Shown one piece after another: positions 38,690-51,167 of a DNA stretch of 64,000 nt. Position numbers and translations under genes: made by a program. Location of the stretch: NCBI GenBank assembly GCA_964016885.1, contig OZ024742.1:104656001-104720000 (forward strand), read 5' to 3'. How positions within the stretch are numbered: the stretch's first letter is position 1; each line of letters starts with the position of its first letter. A model generated the notes under the pieces. The model was not told the DNA's origin. It saw only the letters and a program-made list of their open reading frames with translations, and searched no databases. The stretch is from Eledone cirrhosa. Lineage: Eukaryota.

Positions 38690-38740
38690 AGTTTAAGCAA
38701 AGAATTGCTGCTTTCACCCTTAACGGGATCTTCTGAAACT
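38690..38740 (-). ncRNA. type-I hammerhead-like motif at the 3' end of a ~700-bp noncoding element (38667-39390)
   Basis: AGTTT-CAGAAGA-TCCC gttaa GGGT-GAAA GCA..TGC TT-AAACT (core has A at position 4), followed by AATAAA and (TA)n; same family as hairpin 49234-49348. Confidence 0.65.
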
Positions 38741-39554
38741 AACAAAGTCAATCTGTAAACGCAGAACTGGATATTTCAAAAAACGTTGCAACCGGAGGAA
38801 GACAGGAAGACGATACTTTGGTTCGTGGTAACATTCGCTGGCAAAGAACGGGAAAAAACGAATAATACGTCATTAATAGGAGCGGTGAAAAACAATTACG
38901 CGCAAAGACAAAACCACGTTTATGGTATAAAAGAGGTCGTAGACAAATGTTCTCTTAGGTGGTGCATAGAGACGTTCTCTGGCAATGAACGAAAAAGCGA
39001 AGATAATAAGTCATATGTGGAGCGTAGAGAACAATAGCACGCAAAGACAAAACCACGTAAATGGTATAGTAGAAATCGTAGACTAAAATTCTAACTAGGA
39101 GACCAAATGAATCTCCGCAACAGAGTTAAGAACAAAGTAAATAAATACAATACAGAAGTAATAGAAACAAATAAATACATACACGCAAACAGATACGTAC
39201 ATACACAAGCATACGCAAAACCTTACCATGGGTATACAAAACCACGCACATATAAATATGTGTGTGTGTGTATGCTTGTGTACAAATAAATAAATAATTA
39301 TATAAACGTTTATAAGTAAATAAATACGTATATAACAAGCGCACACGCATACCTACATATAAATACACGAATGTTATATATATATATATACCGAAATCAT
39401 TAGACATGTCCATCGAACCTGCGGGTCCAGAATCAGACAGATCCACACAATGATCACGTCTCGAGCTGTCCGCCGGCGAAACAATTGTAACACTCAATAA
39501 ATTGAGTTCAGATGCATCACTGCATATACATATATATATATATATACATATGTA

Positions 39555-39608
<54 letters not shown>

Positions 39609-40070
39609 CATATGTAAATATATATATATATATGGTGGCTGCCAACTCGTTTTCGAGTACGGCCACTACTTTATATCCATGTAGAACCCCTACCGATGCG
39701 CTGAACGAGTGTGACTTTTTAGTCCAGCCTGCAACATGAAAACTCTGGTACAAACACTACACTTGTGACAATTATTGACACATAGTGCTGGGCCCATGGT
39801 ACCATGTGACGACAAGTGCAGAGAGATCTCCAGATATAAAGCAATGCCTGTGCTGTGAAGCTTTTAAAGTGAACAAAGGCACTGCACAAAGCCAGTCCCA
39901 CTCTCTTAACCAAGATGATATTTACCAAAAAGAAGAACAAGTCAACATCATTGGATACCATCAGGGTTGCAGGTGTTATATCAGAGTTTTCCTTCTCCTA
40001 GAATTCTGCCTTGACAAAGGCTAAGGGGTCATCTCTCCCGGATATACATATATATATATACACACACACA

Positions 40071-40391
40071 CAGTGTACCCCCAGTATTTGTGGTTCTGGT
40101 TATTCGCGGAATTTTCCTTAGAACCTAATTAATAATTGCTTGTAGAAACTATCATATATTCTCGGAATTGTAAATATCTTCTGCGATTTTTTAATGACTT
40201 TTTTGTGGCAATATATATTTTTTTCACACTTTTTAACGCTAAATTATTCATAACAATATACCATATTGGCTGGCCTATATCTTAGTTATATTTTGATGTT
40301 TATAGAGATTTTTATGGACCATGTCCAATATTTGTAGTTTTCTCTCTTCGTGGGTGCTCTAGGAAAGTAACTCCTGCGAATACCAGGGGAC

Positions 40392-40396
<5 letters not shown>
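40071..40396. mobile_element. pogo/Tigger-like MITE (decayed)
   Basis: CAGTGTACCCCCAGTATTTGTGG ... CTGCGAATACCAGGGGACAACTA-TA, imperfect TIRs. Confidence 0.55.
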
Positions 40397-40441
<45 letters not shown>

Positions 40442-40476
40442 GTATTTATATATGTATATATATATATATGTATATG

Positions 40477-40730
40477 GGAAAAAGTATGACCCCGACGGCA
40501 GAGCTCAAGCCGTTTCGACGGCTATTTCTGGGTCCAGAAATAGCCGTCGAAACGGCTTGAGCTCTGCCGTTGGGGGTCATACTTTTTCCTATTTCCCCAC
40601 TCTACTACCCTAAGTATTGAGTACTCTGGTGCGTTATGGTCCTTACCACAATTCCTTTGTTATATATATGCATATATAACAAAGGAATTGTGTTAAGGAT
40701 GGACCATAACGCACCAGAGTACTCAATACT
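40477..40730. mobile_element. double-hairpin hammerhead-half element in (TA)n
   Basis: Hairpin 40477-40589 (~55-bp arms, GT centre) and hairpin 40613-40730 (centre on TATGCATA). Confidence 0.88.
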
Positions 40731-40765
40731 ATATATATATATATATATATATATGCATATATATA

Positions 40766-40817
<52 letters not shown>

Positions 40818-40820
<3 letters not shown>

Positions 40821-42078
40821 GGTGTGGACGATATTTGTTCGCAATTTTCAACTGCTAATTTTATGCAAATTTTGCTTACTTCCGTTGTCACTCTTGACTT
40901 CATAAAAACAGTGACTATATTTCCATTATTTATTTTCAGAATAATTGATTATGAATAATTTTGAACCTCCAAATTCGTGGAATCCGCGCTGGGAGGACAA
41001 ATAAGGAAATTTCAGACTTTCTCAGCGTCAGCAGGAGAATGGTGGAAAAGGTCAGAATTTAATTGGAAGATTCAGGATTCGACTACGAAGCAACATCAGA
41101 GAGGAAAACACATAATCGACGATCTAACGCCTTCAGAACGCCCGAGTTCGTCCCTGAAGTTCAGGATATCATCAACAATGAACCTAGCAAGTTGATGCGA
41201 GCCATTGCAAGGGAGAAAGATGTGGATGAAAAGCTCATTAGGCTGGTGGTACATGAAGACATGCGCTACGTTTCATACCAGATGAGGAAAGGACAATTTC
41301 TGTCAAAGGCGATGCAAGAAAAGCGACTGAAGCATGCAAAGAAGCTGATCAACAAGTTGAAACACCCACTGGAGCCAGACATGTTGTGGTTTTTCTCGGA
41401 CGAGAAAACTTCTGCCAAGACCAGAAGATCAACTCCCAGAACAACAGGTGGCTCGCTGTCTCATCCAAAAATGTGCCCAGAGTCATGCAGACAAAGTTTC
41501 CAGCTACAACATTGGTCTTAGGTGTCGTCAGCAGTCAAGGTGACATCATGCCACCTCACTTCTTCTCTGAGGGCCTCAAGCTGAATACCGATGGATACAT
41601 CCGCGTTCTGAGCGAGGTAGTAAAGCCCTGTATCGACCAGGTAGCTGCAGGTAGGCCGTACGTGTGGCAGCAAGACTCAGCGCCCTGCCATACCAGCCGA
41701 AACACCCAAGCCTAGCTGTCAGAGAACTTCGTCGACCACACTTCACCTGACATCTGGCCTCCCAGCTCGCCTGACTGCAACCCCCTCGACTTCTTTGTGT
41801 GGGACGCAGTGGAACGAGACACCAACAGATCTGGCTGTAATACGAAAGACGATCTGAAGGCCAGGATCACAAGTGCCTTTAGAGGTCTAAGTCGGGGGAC
41901 AGTGACGAAGGCCTTGAGGCCGTCACCAAAGCCAATGGCGGGTTTATTGAGTGAGATCGAAAGAACAAGTCATGAAGACAAACTGACCCAAGTTTGATAA
42001 ATATATCTTAAAAAATAAAACTACTGTGTTATTTTTTCCTAGACAGTAATCTTGCGAACAAATATCGTCCGCACCCTG
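40818..42078 (+). mobile_element. full-length DD37D (maT-family) Tc1/mariner transposon, inactivated
   Basis: 27-bp TIRs CAGGGTGTGGACGATATTTGTTCGCAA / TTGCGAACAAATATCGTCCGCACCCTG with TA flanks. WFFSDEK...QQDSAPCH...WPPSSPDCNPLDF has 37 residues between the 2nd and 3rd Asp. Frameshift ~41405, stop at 41713. Confidence 0.93.
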
Positions 42079-42111
<33 letters not shown>

Positions 42112-42169
42112 GCATATATGTGTATATGTATATATATCTATATATATATATATATATATATATTATACA

Positions 42170-42501
42170 TATCATCATCATTTCATTTAATCATTTCATT
42201 TTACGTCCGCTTTTCCCTGCTTGCAAGGGTGGGACGGAAACTGATTCTGGCTTGATTTCTACAGCTGGATGCCCTTCCTAACACCAACCTCATTTACAGT
42301 GAGTGCTGGGTGCTTTTTTGCCGTGGCACCTCCACGACCACTTTGCAGTCCCTATCATCTCATTTCTACAGCTGAGTAAACTGGAGCAATGTGAAATAAA
42401 GTGTCTTGCTCAAGGAAACAACACATCACCCGGTCTAAGAATTGAACTCACAACCTTTCGATTGCAAGGCCAATGCTCTAACTACTAAGCCATGTGCCTC
42501 C
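42170..42501 (-). mobile_element. SINE family A copy
   Basis: Reverse complement of 7584-7936 with a small internal deletion. Confidence 0.92.
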
Positions 42502-43135
<634 letters not shown>

Positions 43136-46100
43136 TAAAGGGTCGCTCTAACGAGGTTGTAGAAATGCTTGAACGTAAGGAGGTCGATGTTTGTTGTATT
43201 CAAGAGACCAGGTGGAGGGGAGGGTCGGCTAGATTCATCGTGGGTAAAGAGCGATGCTATAAGCTTTTCTGGGTGGGAAATGACAATGGGTTGGGTGGGG
43301 TAGGAATCATGGTAGCAGAACAGTGGGCAGATAAGATAATAGACGTAAATAGAGTGAACGACAGAATAATTAAAATAAGACTTGTCCTCAATAAAACTAC
43401 GGTGACAGTAATATCTGCGTACGCACCCCAATCCGGACAGCCCCGCGCTATAAAAGACAGATTCTACGAGACACTGATGCTCGCTACCTCCCAAATAACC
43501 GACAGTGACTATATAGTTATTGCAGGCTAAATGGTCACGTTGGACAACATTGTGACGGCTATGACGGAATCCATGGAGGCTATGGGTTCGGTACTAGAAA
43601 TGAGGAAGGCTCCAGAATCCTGGAATTCTGCGACGCAAATAACTTAACTATCTGTAACACTAACTTCAAAAAACGAGACAATCACTTGATCACCTATAGA
43701 TCGGGGGAACACACAAGCCAGGTAGATTATATCCTTACCAGAAGACGTGACAGAGTGTCTGTTGTTAACACTAAATCCCACCCCCATGAAGAATTCACCT
43801 CCCAACATAGACTGATAATTAGCGACCTCATAGTCAGGACGAGACGTACTAGACAGCGAAAGAGGACTATCCTCAGGAGAAAAATATGGAAGCTAAAGGA
43901 CCCCATAGCCAGAAATAAATTTCAAAGCAAATTACTTGACGCTTTCGACAGTAAGGAAGAGCAATTAGAGTCGTATAATATAGAGGAACAGTGGGAATTC
44001 CTGAGAGCAAACCTGCTGACGGCGGCAGACGAAGTCTGTGGCTGGAGCAGGCCTGTAGGTAGGAGGAGAGTAACATGGTGGTGGAACAGTAAGGTGGAGG
44101 AGTCAATTAAGGCCAAAAAGCAGGCTTGGAAAGTATGGCGGGATGGGGGAAGTAGAGAAGACTATCAAGTGGCCAGGAGGGAAGCTAGGAGACAAGTGTA
44201 CTTCGCAAGAAGGGAAGCAGAGGAAAGAAAGTTCAAGCATGTTCTACAACGTGAGGACCAAAAACGTGAGGTGTTCAGGATTGCCAGGCAATGTGTCAAG
44301 GAAAACCGTGATATTGTCGGGGAGAAGTGTGTACTTAACGATGATGGCATACTTGCCATCACCGACGCTGATAAGAAGGTAGCTTGGAAGTGTCACTACG
44401 AAAGGCTTCTAAATGAGGAGAACAAATGGGAGAAAGACAGTCTCCCCCAGATCGATCCAATAGAGGGACCAGCAGTGTTAGTTGAAGGTAGTATAATAAG
44501 TAAAGCAATCAAAGATATGAAGACGGGTAAGGCGGCTGGGCCTTCGGAAATAGTTGCTGAGATGCTGAAGGCATCTGGTTCGGTGGGACACACCATGGTC
44601 ACCCGGATAGTTAACCAAGTCGTACAGAATGGGGTTGTTCCGAAGGAATGGCGTAGCAGCATCATCGTTAACTGCTATAAGGGAAAAGGAGATGCCCTAG
44701 ATAGGAGTAACTATAGAGGCATTAAATTAATCGACCAGGTCATGAAGGTCACGGAAAAAGTAATAGCGCAACTAATCAGAGAGAGAATTGATCTAGATGA
44801 AATGCAGTTCGGGTTTGTGTCAGGCAAAAGTACCACAGACGCTCTTTTCATTGTACGACAACTACAGGAGAAGTACCTAGCTAAAAGTAAACCCCTATAC
44901 TTAGCTTTTGTCGACTTGGAGAAAGCCTTCGACAGAGTCCCCCGTTCCATTATCTGGTGGTCTCTTAGAAAACTAGGTGTTGACGAATGGCTTGTGAGAG
45001 CTATACAAGCCATGTATAAAGAAACAGTCAGTAAGGTTAGAATTAACAACGAATATAGTGAAGAGTTTAGCGTAAAAGTTGGTGTCCATCAGGGCTCTGT
45101 ACTTAGCCCCCTACTATTTATTATTGCCCTTCAGGCTATAACAGAGGAGTTCAAGACCGGCTGCCCATGGGAACTCCTATACGCAGATGATCTAACGCTC
45201 ATAGCTGAATCAATGACCGAACTAGAGAAGAAATTCCAAACGTGGAAGCACGGCCTAGAATCAAAAGGCCTTAAAATGAACCTGGCTAAGACTAAAGTTC
45301 TAGTTTGTAGGAAAGAAAATAAGGCGGCGGTCCCATCGGGGAAATGGCCATGCTCAGTGTGTAGGAAAGGCGTAGGTAGAAACTCCATTTTATGTCCCAA
45401 ATGCAAAGTATGGGTGCATAAAAGATGTAGTGGGATCACAGGTAAGCTAACTAAGAACATAGATTTTACATGTGGCCGGTGCTCTGGTGCAATAAGTAGC
45501 AGCAAGTGCCCACAAAATACTAGCTCCTTCAACTGCGCAGAGGGTTCTATAGAAATAGTGGACAGCTTCCGTTATCTGGGTGACAAAATCAGCAGTGGGG
45601 GAGGGTGCTCTGAAAGTACAGTAGCTAGAGTCAGAACTGGATGGAAAAAGTTCAGAGAGCTTATACCACTATTAGCCGCTAGAGGGATCTCCCTAAAAAT
45701 GAAAGGCAGGTTATACGATGCCTGCATACGAACAGCAATGCTGCATGGCAGTGAGACCTGGGCATTGTGTGCAGAGGATATACGCAGACTAGAGAGGAAC
45801 GAAGCTTGCATGCTCCGCTGGATGTGCAATAGTAATATACGTGAACGGCAAAGCATAAACGAACTAAGGAAAAAATTAGAAATAAGAGGGATCAGATGTT
45901 GTTTACTCGAGAGAAGGCTACGTTGGTACGGTCACGTGATGCGCATGAAAGACGACAGCTGTATAACAAAGTGCAGGGCAATAAAGATAGACGGTAGCCA
46001 CGGAGTAGGCAGACCCAGAAAAACATGGGACGAGCTGATAAATTCCGACCTCACACGCTTACACCTCTCCAAGACAATGTCACTGGACCGAGACCTTTGG

Positions 46101-46638
46101 CGGTACTCAGTAATAGAGAAGACCCGCCTTACCTAAATACAAAGTAAAAACCTACTACAGTCAGTAGGCACCTCTATCAAAACACACCCCCGTCCCACCA
46201 CCTCCACCCCACCCACACCGCCCCTTTCAATGTAAAGTTATGTTGGTCCCACAACATCCAGGCCGAAACAAATGAGATCGTGTAGGTGTCACGACAAAAA
46301 ACACACAGTCCACGCTGTAAATGTGGCCGTGTAGGCAACACGGTAAAAACCTCCCAGCCCCACACTGTAAATGTGGTTGGTGTTAGGAAGGGCATCCAGC
46401 TGTAGAAAACCAGCCAGACAGTCCACGCTGTAATGTGGCCGTGTAGGCAACACGGTAAAAACCTCCCAGCCCCACACTGTAAATGTGGTTGGTGTTAGGA
46501 AGGGCATCCAACTGTAGAAAACCCGCCAGACAGTCCTATGCGAGCAAGACAACCACTCTTGCCTCAAGTGGGAAAACCCCCGTCCAAACCCATGCAAGCG
46601 TGGAACACGGACGCTAAACCTGATGATGATGATGATGA

Positions 46639-46642
<4 letters not shown>
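43136..46642 (+). mobile_element. near-full-length young RTE LINE (APE, RT, PHD insert)
   Basis: APE motifs IQETRW, SAYAPQ, SQVDYIL; RT motifs NYRGIKL, QFGF, DLEKAFD, GVHQGSVLSP, YADD; 3' UTR; (GAT)n tail. Starts at LKGRSNEVV and has a 4-bp deletion at ~43527 in the GDLN motif. Confidence 0.97.
43686..46136 (+). CDS. RTE reverse transcriptase (816-aa uninterrupted part of the ORF)
   Basis: Supplied ORF with all non-LTR RT motifs; upstream APE portion is frameshifted. Confidence 0.9.
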   Translation: MITYRSGEHTSQVDYILTRRRDRVSVVNTKSHPHEEFTSQHRLIISDLIVRTRRTRQRKRTILRRKIWKLKDPIARNKFQSKLLDAFDSKEEQLESYNIEEQWEFLRANLLTAADEVCGWSRPVGRRRVTWWWNSKVEESIKAKKQAWKVWRDGGSREDYQVARREARRQVYFARREAEERKFKHVLQREDQKREVFRIARQCVKENRDIVGEKCVLNDDGILAITDADKKVAWKCHYERLLNEENKWEKDSLPQIDPIEGPAVLVEGSIISKAIKDMKTGKAAGPSEIVAEMLKASGSVGHTMVTRIVNQVVQNGVVPKEWRSSIIVNCYKGKGDALDRSNYRGIKLIDQVMKVTEKVIAQLIRERIDLDEMQFGFVSGKSTTDALFIVRQLQEKYLAKSKPLYLAFVDLEKAFDRVPRSIIWWSLRKLGVDEWLVRAIQAMYKETVSKVRINNEYSEEFSVKVGVHQGSVLSPLLFIIALQAITEEFKTGCPWELLYADDLTLIAESMTELEKKFQTWKHGLESKGLKMNLAKTKVLVCRKENKAAVPSGKWPCSVCRKGVGRNSILCPKCKVWVHKRCSGITGKLTKNIDFTCGRCSGAISSSKCPQNTSSFNCAEGSIEIVDSFRYLGDKISSGGGCSESTVARVRTGWKKFRELIPLLAARGISLKMKGRLYDACIRTAMLHGSETWALCAEDIRRLERNEACMLRWMCNSNIRERQSINELRKKLEIRGIRCCLLERRLRWYGHVMRMKDDSCITKCRAIKIDGSHGVGRPRKTWDELINSDLTRLHLSKTMSLDRDLWRYSVIEKTRLT

Positions 46643-46716
<74 letters not shown>

Positions 46717-47901
46717 ATACTTTGGGAGAGTCATGTTGCCAATAAGAAACACACGCACCAGTTGCTTTCACTTCAATTTATTATATATTTATAAATTTAT
46801 AAATTCATACCATGAATAAATTAGCTATGTCGCCTGCAATGCTAACACCAATGGCTGCTCCTTCCTCTTGGGCATATGTTTTTCCATATGGTATGGTGGG
46901 ACAGTAGACTTAAACTTAAACTTAAAGAACAATTAGAAGACAGCTTAACCCTGATAATGTACTCCCGCTACGTAGATGATATAAACATCGTAGTTAAGAC
47001 ACCCCCACTAGAGAACAGTCAGGAACTAGAGAAAAACCCAATGGAAAGCATCCAGCAAATAGCAAACTCCATCCACCAGAGCATTAGAGTTACTATAGAC
47101 TACCCAAGTAGACACCCCAACCATCGATTACCTGTACTAGACACAGAGCTCTGGTTAGATACCATTAACAACCAAAAACAAATCCTCCATTCCCATTATG
47201 CCAAACCCATGACTTCCAAACATCTGATCCACCGAAACTCGGCCATTTCGGACCATACCAAAATCAACATACTGATTGCGGATTTGGTACGGGTGATGAG
47301 AAATGTGTCCCGCATGTGCAACCCCGAAGAACTAGAGAGACACATACAACACTTCATCCACCGTATGCAGTTCTCTGGCTACAATCAGAGAGATAGAATC
47401 AGAGTGTATAGAGGAGCCAGAACCAAATGGGAAAAAATGGTAAATAATGACATAAATGGGACCTGCCCCTTGTATAGGAGCAAATTTTGGAATAGAATAG
47501 AAAGAACTAGGAACAAGGCCAATAGAATAAACTCATGGTATGATAGCAATAAATACCAGAGTGTAATGTTCATCGATACAACCCCTAGAGGCGAACTAGC
47601 CTACAAATTTAGAAGGGCCCTAAATAAACATAAACTCAATATTAAGATAGTAGAAAGACCAGGTACCTCCGTAAAAACACTTATTAGCAAGACATACCCG
47701 TTCCAAAGACCCTCATGTATACATAAGAAATGTATAACCTGTAAAATAAGCCCCCATATTAACTGTAAAACTAGAAATGTAGTGTATAGCATAAGATGTA
47801 CTGAAGGACAATGTAGAAACAAAAATATAGTGTACATAGGTGAGACAGCTCGTAGTATAGGGGAACGGATAAATGAACACTGGCGAGACCTTCAAGATAA
47901 T

Positions 47902-48079
47902 TATTTCTACTTTTGGCACAAGGCCATCAATTATCCCAGTGCATTACTGGTACTTTATTTTATCGACCCCGTAAGGATGAAAGGCAAAGTCAACCTCGGC
48001 GGGATTTGAACTCAGATCGTAAAGGGGCGTAACTATGCTGGAAAGCATTGCGTCCGACCCTCTACTGATACTGCCAATC
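47902..48079 (-). mobile_element. SINE B inserted in the GIY-YIG domain, 18-bp TSD
   Basis: TSD CGAGACCTTCAAGATAAT at 47884-47901 and 48080-48097; removal joins ORF 46876.. to ..48295 in frame (EHWRDLQDN|KESSVLYQH). Confidence 0.95.
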
Positions 48080-48499
48080 CGAGACCTTCAAGATAATAAA
48101 GAATCATCTGTACTCTACCAACATGCTAAGATAGAACACAAGGGTAAATTAGAGAACATAGAAATAAAAATAGAATCTACACACAGAAAAGATGCAATGT
48201 TTAGACAAATTACAGAGGCAATAAACATAAAAGAATTACAACCAAAATTAAATAGAAAATATGAGTGGAACAGCAACATCACAACTTACAATTAAGGACA
48301 AAATGAAAACACACACACACATAGAACAAACAACCAACCAATAACATGTAAATAAATAAACAAATAGATAAATGAACACAAACACACACAGACACCCGGA
48401 TGTGGCGCATGCGCAAACTGAGCACACAACACACACACAGAAACAAAATGGCGTAGGACAGAAGAAAGGAAAAGCACAGAAACAAAGAAAGGAATCCCC

Positions 48500-48544
48500 A
48501 GTCACTGAAGAGGTCACAGAGTGTGTGACGAAAGGACTATGACT
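48500..48544 (+). ncRNA. minimal type-I hammerhead ribozyme in PLE 3' UTR/pLTR
   Basis: AGTCA-CTGAAGA-g-GTCACA gagtg TGTGAC-GAAAG GA CTA-TGACT. Confidence 0.82.
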
Positions 48545-48740
48545 ATATATAAACAACTATCTGGTTGTGGAACCAACCAACCAACCAGAAATTTATAAAT
48601 TTATAAATATATAATAAATTGAAGTGAAAGCAACTGGTGCGTGTGTTTCTTATTGGCAGCATGACCCTCCCAAAGTATAACAATATCGGTTTCAACACAC
48701 GATTTCAGATAAAGAATCTTGCTAAACAAATTCAGAAACG

Positions 48741-48805
<65 letters not shown>

Positions 48806-48870
48806 AGTATACAAGCAATTTATAAACGTAAACATGTAAGTATGTTTTTGAAACGGTGCCAGAGTTTGAA

Positions 48871-49086
48871 ATTAGAAATTAGAAATTATAAGCTTTCACC
48901 GTATTTTAGACTAAAGAAATTTCTAGCCTGATAGTGGGGTTTATAACCCTCGGAGAAATGGAAAAAGATGAGTGTTGCCGTACATGGCAACACTCATCTT
49001 TTTCCATTTCTCCGAGGGTTATAAACCCCACTATCAGGCTAGAAATTTCTTTAGTCTAAAATACGGTGAAAGCTTATAATTTCTAA

Positions 49087-49094
<8 letters not shown>
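48871..49094. repeat. palindrome, 109-bp arms with no mismatch seen, 6-nt spacer
   Basis: 48871-48979 is the reverse complement of 48986-49094; contains GGTGAAAGCTTA near the outer end. Confidence 0.93.
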
Positions 49095-49147
<53 letters not shown>

Positions 49148-49233
49148 GTAATAATAATAAATTTGAAGACTAAAATCCAAAGAGGGCTCGATAAGGATAA
49201 ATATATATCAAATATATAAGAACCGTAGAGCAA

Positions 49234-49348
49234 ATATTTATTAAAATAACAGATTAAGTTTAAGCAAAGAATCGCTGCTTTCACCCTCCTGTTAAGGGTG
49301 AAAGCAGCGATTCTTTGCTTAAACTTAATCTGTTATTTTAATAAATAT
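49234..49348. repeat. palindrome, 54-bp arms, hammerhead 3' half
   Basis: Arms match 38667-38720; centre TCCTGTTAAGGGT corresponds to stem II of the 38690-38740 motif. Confidence 0.9.
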
Positions 49349-49349
49349 G

Positions 49350-49450
<101 letters not shown>

Positions 49451-49681
49451 ATTGTATTTCTCAATAAAAAAGGTGTATGTACATTAGTTCAGAGCATCGA
49501 TTATATGAGTTTAAATGATATATAAAAATGGTATATATCAATTGAGAAACAATTAGTATTTTGTACATATATATATATATACACAGAGCAAATAATATGT
49601 AAGTAAATATACTTACTTCAAGATGGTAACAAGTATATAAATAAATAAATAAATAAATATGTATATAAATATATTACACAC

Positions 49682-49719
<38 letters not shown>

Positions 49720-49796
49720 CATCATCGATATAATCATATATATATATAGTGAAAATAACTGAAGTCAGATTTGCAGCTTGTGTAGAAACTTTATTT

Positions 49797-49885
49797 GCAG
49801 ATTACAATTGTTTCAATATCAATCAGCTTGGTTGTGATCAAGGCAATCAAAGCCCGACTCTTTTTCAACATCTCCTCAGATATGT
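49797..49885 (-). ncRNA. type-I hammerhead with long stem II loop, within inverted repeat 49747-49989
   Basis: ACATAT-CTGAGGA-GATGTTGA..(~42 nt)..TTGATATT-GAAAC AATT GTA-ATCTGC, then AATAAA. The inverted partner (49916-49989) has the perfect stem I strand ATATGT. Confidence 0.72.
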
Positions 49886-50258
49886 GAGTTTACATGCGTG
49901 ATCCACATCTAAACTGATATTGAAACAATTGTAATATGTAAATAAAGTTTCTATACAAGCTGCTAATTTGAATTCAATTATTTTCACTACATTGATACTC
50001 TGCAACATACAGCCACTTTAAACCTTGAGCATAACCCAATGAGAGATGGACCACATAACAGCATTGAGTGCTTTGAACAACATGCTGCAAGTAACCACAA
50101 GTTACTTACTTAAATAACCTATATATATATATAATTAATTCGAGTATGCTACCAGAGCCCTGAGAAACCAACACCAAATTCCATCCCGAGCATATCAATG
50201 AACCGAATCATCAGAAGTAAGCTTTATTTCATCTTTATGTTTTTCTGTTCAAATTATA

Positions 50259-50317
50259 GCTGTCTGATGAGGTCATAGCTGTTGCATAATGGTTATCACC
50301 AAAATATATATAACAGC
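50259..50317 (+). ncRNA. type-I hammerhead-like motif (GAAA decayed to AAAA)
   Basis: GCTGT-CTGATGA-GGTcATAGC..GTTATcACC-AAAA TATATA TA-ACAGC, then AATAAA and (TA)n. Confidence 0.65.
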
Positions 50318-50989
50318 AGTTATGAATAAACAAAGTTAATTTTAACCTGTTGACTTATACTTATTGTTTGTATATTATATATATATATATTTGTATGTAT
50401 GTGCATGTTCAGAGTGAGAGATGGTTAAAGCAACTTATGACATTTCTTTATGGTCTACATAAACAATACCTCCTGCAATGTAACATTTCAATGAAAATGA
50501 GCAATATATAATATGCTTTTTCTTCACAAAACATGTATTTAGCACTATATTATCCAATGTGACTCTTTTCCTAAAAAGAGTGGGATTTTATTTGAGGGAG
50601 AGTTGTCTGATATTTCTAATAGATTGAGCAGCCATATAGAAGTTCCCTGATAGGGTTCATACAAACTTTCACCTTGGCGTTAATGGTGATACTAATGTGT
50701 TACAAATTTCAATGTATTGGTTTGCTTTCTGCTAAAATGGTTTTTTGTATTTCTGTTAGTAATTGGTTTTACGATCCCATTTTTATTCATTTATATATAT
50801 TTTACGCATGACTATCCGAATTCTGGAAAAGGAGGTTGGGGAAGAATACAGAAACGAAACATTTGACAACTGTCAGGTCTGAAGCATGCCAAGTAACTGG
50901 ACACAGTGATGTATATGTTTGTAGATATATAGAAATATTTCTATATGTCTACTGACACACACACTTCTCTATGTAAGTCTACAGACATA

Positions 50990-51114
50990 CATATCAGTGT
51001 ATGTGCAAACATAGACATCCCTGTCTATGTCTAGTCATACACATCTCTGTCTGTGTGTCCAAACTTATGTTGCATCTAAACTGGACCTACATTTCTATAA
51101 GTCTACACACAAAG

Positions 51115-51167
<53 letters not shown>

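Larger units (their letters stand above)
46711..48684 (+). mobile_element. Penelope-like element (RT 3' half plus C-terminal GIY-YIG), 5'-truncated and inverted, ~95-bp inverted termini
   Basis: RYVDDI, LPVLD, Cys-rich linker CxxxxCxxC..C, NVVY..YIGETARS..R..EH..H..E..LNRK; 46711-46805 is inverted at 48590-48684; (TA)n flank. Confidence 0.93.

Noticed and set aside
39478-39500. GAAACAATTGTA followed by AATAAA as another hammerhead
   Set aside because: No CUGANGA or stem I partner nearby; at most an isolated 3' half.
39635-40045. GC-richer block with ORFs 39719..39961 and 39785..40024
   Set aside because: No recognisable protein; the minus-strand CTAGGAGAAGGAAAACTCTGA resembles RTE 5' regions from memory, so it is likely a TE fragment, but too uncertain to call.
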